Sequence record: SRR20825019_415 | Strand: one strand, 5' to 3' | Length of the DNA: 45,540 nucleotides | In this document: piece by piece, positions 43,476-45,540 of the stretch | Numbering within the stretch: position 1 is the first letter of the stretch | Layout of the letters: the number at the start of each line of letters is the position of its first letter | Notes under the pieces: generated by a model | Databases searched by the model: none | Told to the model about the DNA's origin: nothing | Seen by the model: the letters and a program-made list of their open reading frames with translations, nothing else | Translations under genes and position numbers: made by a program

Positions 43476-44057
43476 ATGAAAACCGAAACGAAAATACTGT
43501 ATCACAGCGCGGAAGCCGCAAGCCTGCGGCAGGTCACCGGCTGGGTCAGTTCCACCGGCCGCTTCTATGGCAATGACGAACGAACCGCCCGATACGACGG
43601 CTGCACCCACAAGCTTTGCGAGGAATGCGGGAAACACGAGCACCAGCGCAACTGGACATGTTGCGATGAATGCCGGGCAAAGCACGCGGAACAACGCTAC
43701 AACGCGATGCCTTATGCCGAATGGGACGACGGCATGGTCTATTCCCAAACGCTTGATCGGTTCTTTAATGATGAAGAGGAACTGCGCGAACATCTTGCCG
43801 ATAATGACGACCTGCGGGCCGAAACCCTGCGGCTGGTCATCTGTGAACCGGAATACGCTCCCATCATTGATATCGATGAAATTTGGAACGATTACCTGCC
43901 CGAAGACATGTATCTGTCGGATGTTGCACCGGAACTGGCCGACGCCATCGCCAAGGTCAATGACATTCTGACCGAAACAAAACCGATCCTGTCTTGGCGA
44001 CCGGGCAGTTACCGCACGGCACTTGCCGCCAGCGGTGAAGAAAGCAGCGCCGCATGA
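43476..44057 (+). CDS. Phage hypothetical protein with Zn-finger motifs
   Basis: TGWVSSTGRFYG.DE..ARYDGCTH..CEECG...CDEC; SD GAGG. Confidence 0.75.
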   Translation: MKTETKILYHSAEAASLRQVTGWVSSTGRFYGNDERTARYDGCTHKLCEECGKHEHQRNWTCCDECRAKHAEQRYNAMPYAEWDDGMVYSQTLDRFFNDEEELREHLADNDDLRAETLRLVICEPEYAPIIDIDEIWNDYLPEDMYLSDVAPELADAIAKVNDILTETKPILSWRPGSYRTALAASGEESSAA

Positions 44058-44062
44058 CATTC

Positions 44063-44091
44063 TTGACCGCGCAAATCGATGGGCGTAACAT
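44063..44091 (+). promoter_or_regulatory. sigma70-like promoter of C4 locus 2
   Basis: TTGACC-N17-TAACAT. Confidence 0.65.
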
Positions 44092-44187
44092 TCCCGCCGT
44101 CATGGACGCATCCATGGCCGGGATTGGTCTCCCGTCTGTCAGAAGGCGCTCGAACCGCGCCCAACCTGTTGATGCGCGGTTTTCTTA

Positions 44188-44261
44188 TGGTCGGGCGTGT
44201 GGGAGCACCTTCGGGTGCGCCGCTCCTTCTGGCGGTAAGGCCAATCCTGCACGTCCGATCA
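44188..44261 (+). ncRNA. C4 antisense RNA (P1 C4 / P4 CI-like)
   Basis: Stem tggtcgggcgtgtggg/cctgcacgtccgatca, gcaccttcgggtgc hairpin; b' CTCCTTCTGG and a' AGGCCAATCC pair with a1 44121-30, b1 44139-46, a2 44267-75 and b2 44299-308 (SD). Confidence 0.82.
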
Positions 44262-44314
44262 CCAGAGATTGGCCTCTCTGTGATCGGGTTATACCCTATC
44301 AGAAGGAGGTCGCC

Positions 44315-45205
44315 ATGAGCGAACCAACCAACGCCCGGACTCTGTCCGCGTCAGACCTGAATACATCAATCGCTAAAGACGAACCCCGCATCCGTGATGA
44401 ACGGCTGGGCGAATGCCTTGGCATGGCCCGCCCGCGCGATATCCGCAAACTGATCGAACGCAACACCGCAGAACTTGAGGGCTTCGGACCACTGCGCCAC
44501 CGTGGCGCGATGGTCGAAATAGGGTCAAGGGCCACACGGGAAGTCAAGGAATACTGGCTGAATGAAGAACAGGCTTTACTGATCTGCATGTTTGCCAGAA
44601 CCAGCCGGGCGCAAGCCGTCCGGCGCGAGGTGATCACGGTTTTCACCGCATGGCGGCAACGGCGCATGCCAATGATCCTGCCGGCCGCGTCGCGCAACTG
44701 GCACCCGACCCGCGCCGAACAGCGCGAAATCAATTCCCGCGCCAGCGCCTTGCTGCAGGCCCATTTCCACCCGGTCCGCGACATGATCATCGCCCAGATG
44801 AAACAGGACCGCGCCAAAGGCATCGTCAAGCAGGCGCGGGATTACGGCATTCGCCACCTGCCCGCCGCCAATGACAGAAAGCCCTTTGATCATGCGATAT
44901 TCGTGATTGACGGGCAGTATATCACCGCCGACTGCACCGCCACCACCTACTGGCCCGGCGACCAGGTGATTGCCATCAATACCGAGGATGGCAGCGGCCC
45001 CGACATTTTCACCATCGCCGAAACCGCCATCCCCAAAAGCTGGTTTGACAGATGCCACCTTGCCAATCCGCGAACAGCGCGCGACCATGTACGACCGGTC
45101 GTTGTTGTGATCGGGATAATTGTCAAGGAAGGTTGCAATGAAAAAACACGGATGGATGGCGATCACCGCAGTGATCATCGGGGGATTGACCATGACGGCA
45201 TGTGA
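44315..45205 (+). CDS. Antirepressor-like protein with shared C-terminal domain
   Basis: EPRIRD..LG..LG..RPRDIRKLIERN..EL...EYWLNEEQALLICMFART..A..VRREVI; SD AGGAGG. Confidence 0.8.
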   Translation: MSEPTNARTLSASDLNTSIAKDEPRIRDERLGECLGMARPRDIRKLIERNTAELEGFGPLRHRGAMVEIGSRATREVKEYWLNEEQALLICMFARTSRAQAVRREVITVFTAWRQRRMPMILPAASRNWHPTRAEQREINSRASALLQAHFHPVRDMIIAQMKQDRAKGIVKQARDYGIRHLPAANDRKPFDHAIFVIDGQYITADCTATTYWPGDQVIAINTEDGSGPDIFTIAETAIPKSWFDRCHLANPRTARDHVRPVVVVIGIIVKEGCNEKTRMDGDHRSDHRGIDHDGM

Positions 45206-45452
45206 AAGCACGGACCGCCAAAACCACACCCGTTTCACCCCGGTCAGCGATACCGAATTCGTATGGGATGGAACCGTTCTTCTGGGGTACTCCGATGAAG
45301 ATCGGGAACGGTGGATGCGCGAAGATGTTGCGCGCTATGGCATGTGCCCGAACGGGTTTGGTGAAATTGACCGGCGCGTCTATTCGCAAAGCGACAGCAT
45401 CCTGTCCCCGGATCGGCTCCTGATTCGCGGGCGATGCAAACAAGGGGGATAA
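45138..45452 (+). CDS. Lipoprotein (paralog of 15564..15857)
   Basis: Lipobox MTAC; SD AAGGA; shared TDR, RWM, CxNG and GxCK motifs. Confidence 0.8.
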   Translation: MKKHGWMAITAVIIGGLTMTACESTDRQNHTRFTPVSDTEFVWDGTVLLGYSDEDRERWMREDVARYGMCPNGFGEIDRRVYSQSDSILSPDRLLIRGRCKQGG

Positions 45453-45510
45453 TGTGACCATTGCGATCACCATGAAAGGTGCGCGGCGCATCGATACGGG
45501 CGACACGATA

Positions 45511-45540
45511 ACGCTTGCCCGTATCGACAGGGCGCTTGCG
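45511..45540. repeat. Terminal direct repeat, copy 2
   Basis: Identical to 1-30. Confidence 0.97.

Overview
The window is a complete, circularly permuted temperate siphovirus genome of about 45,510 bp: bases 1-30 are repeated exactly at 45511-45540, and an ORF reads across the junction. The host is probably an alphaproteobacterium (inferred from a GAAC-N7-GAAC LexA box and AANDN motifs). In order it carries a tyrosine integrase and an intact attP (tRNA-Ser-like 3' core, two triplets of 12-bp arm repeats), a LexA-boxed Zn-finger gene, the lysis cassette, tail genes (with a lambda-type GGGAAAG frameshift), HK97-type head and packaging genes, a primase/helicase pair with a mirror-symmetric 12-iteron origin, a left early operon, the cro/cI switch and a right early operon with DNA-modification-type genes. 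Most notable: (1) a glycosyltransferase + FkbM methyltransferase + DUF115/sialyltransferase-like cassette inside the head operon; its first enzyme overlaps a Ser/Thr/Pro-rich head-operon ORF and is linked to it by an in-frame A_AAA_AAG -1 slippery site, making this a candidate virion glycosylation system; (2) a CI that lacks self-cleavage residues, alongside an SOS-boxed small gene and three antirepressor-like genes, two of them under separate C4-like antisense RNAs and sharing a C-terminal domain; (3) two paralogous lipoproteins 30 kb apart; (4) a second tRNA-like core in attP. All protein calls come from motif recognition by eye; no searches were run.
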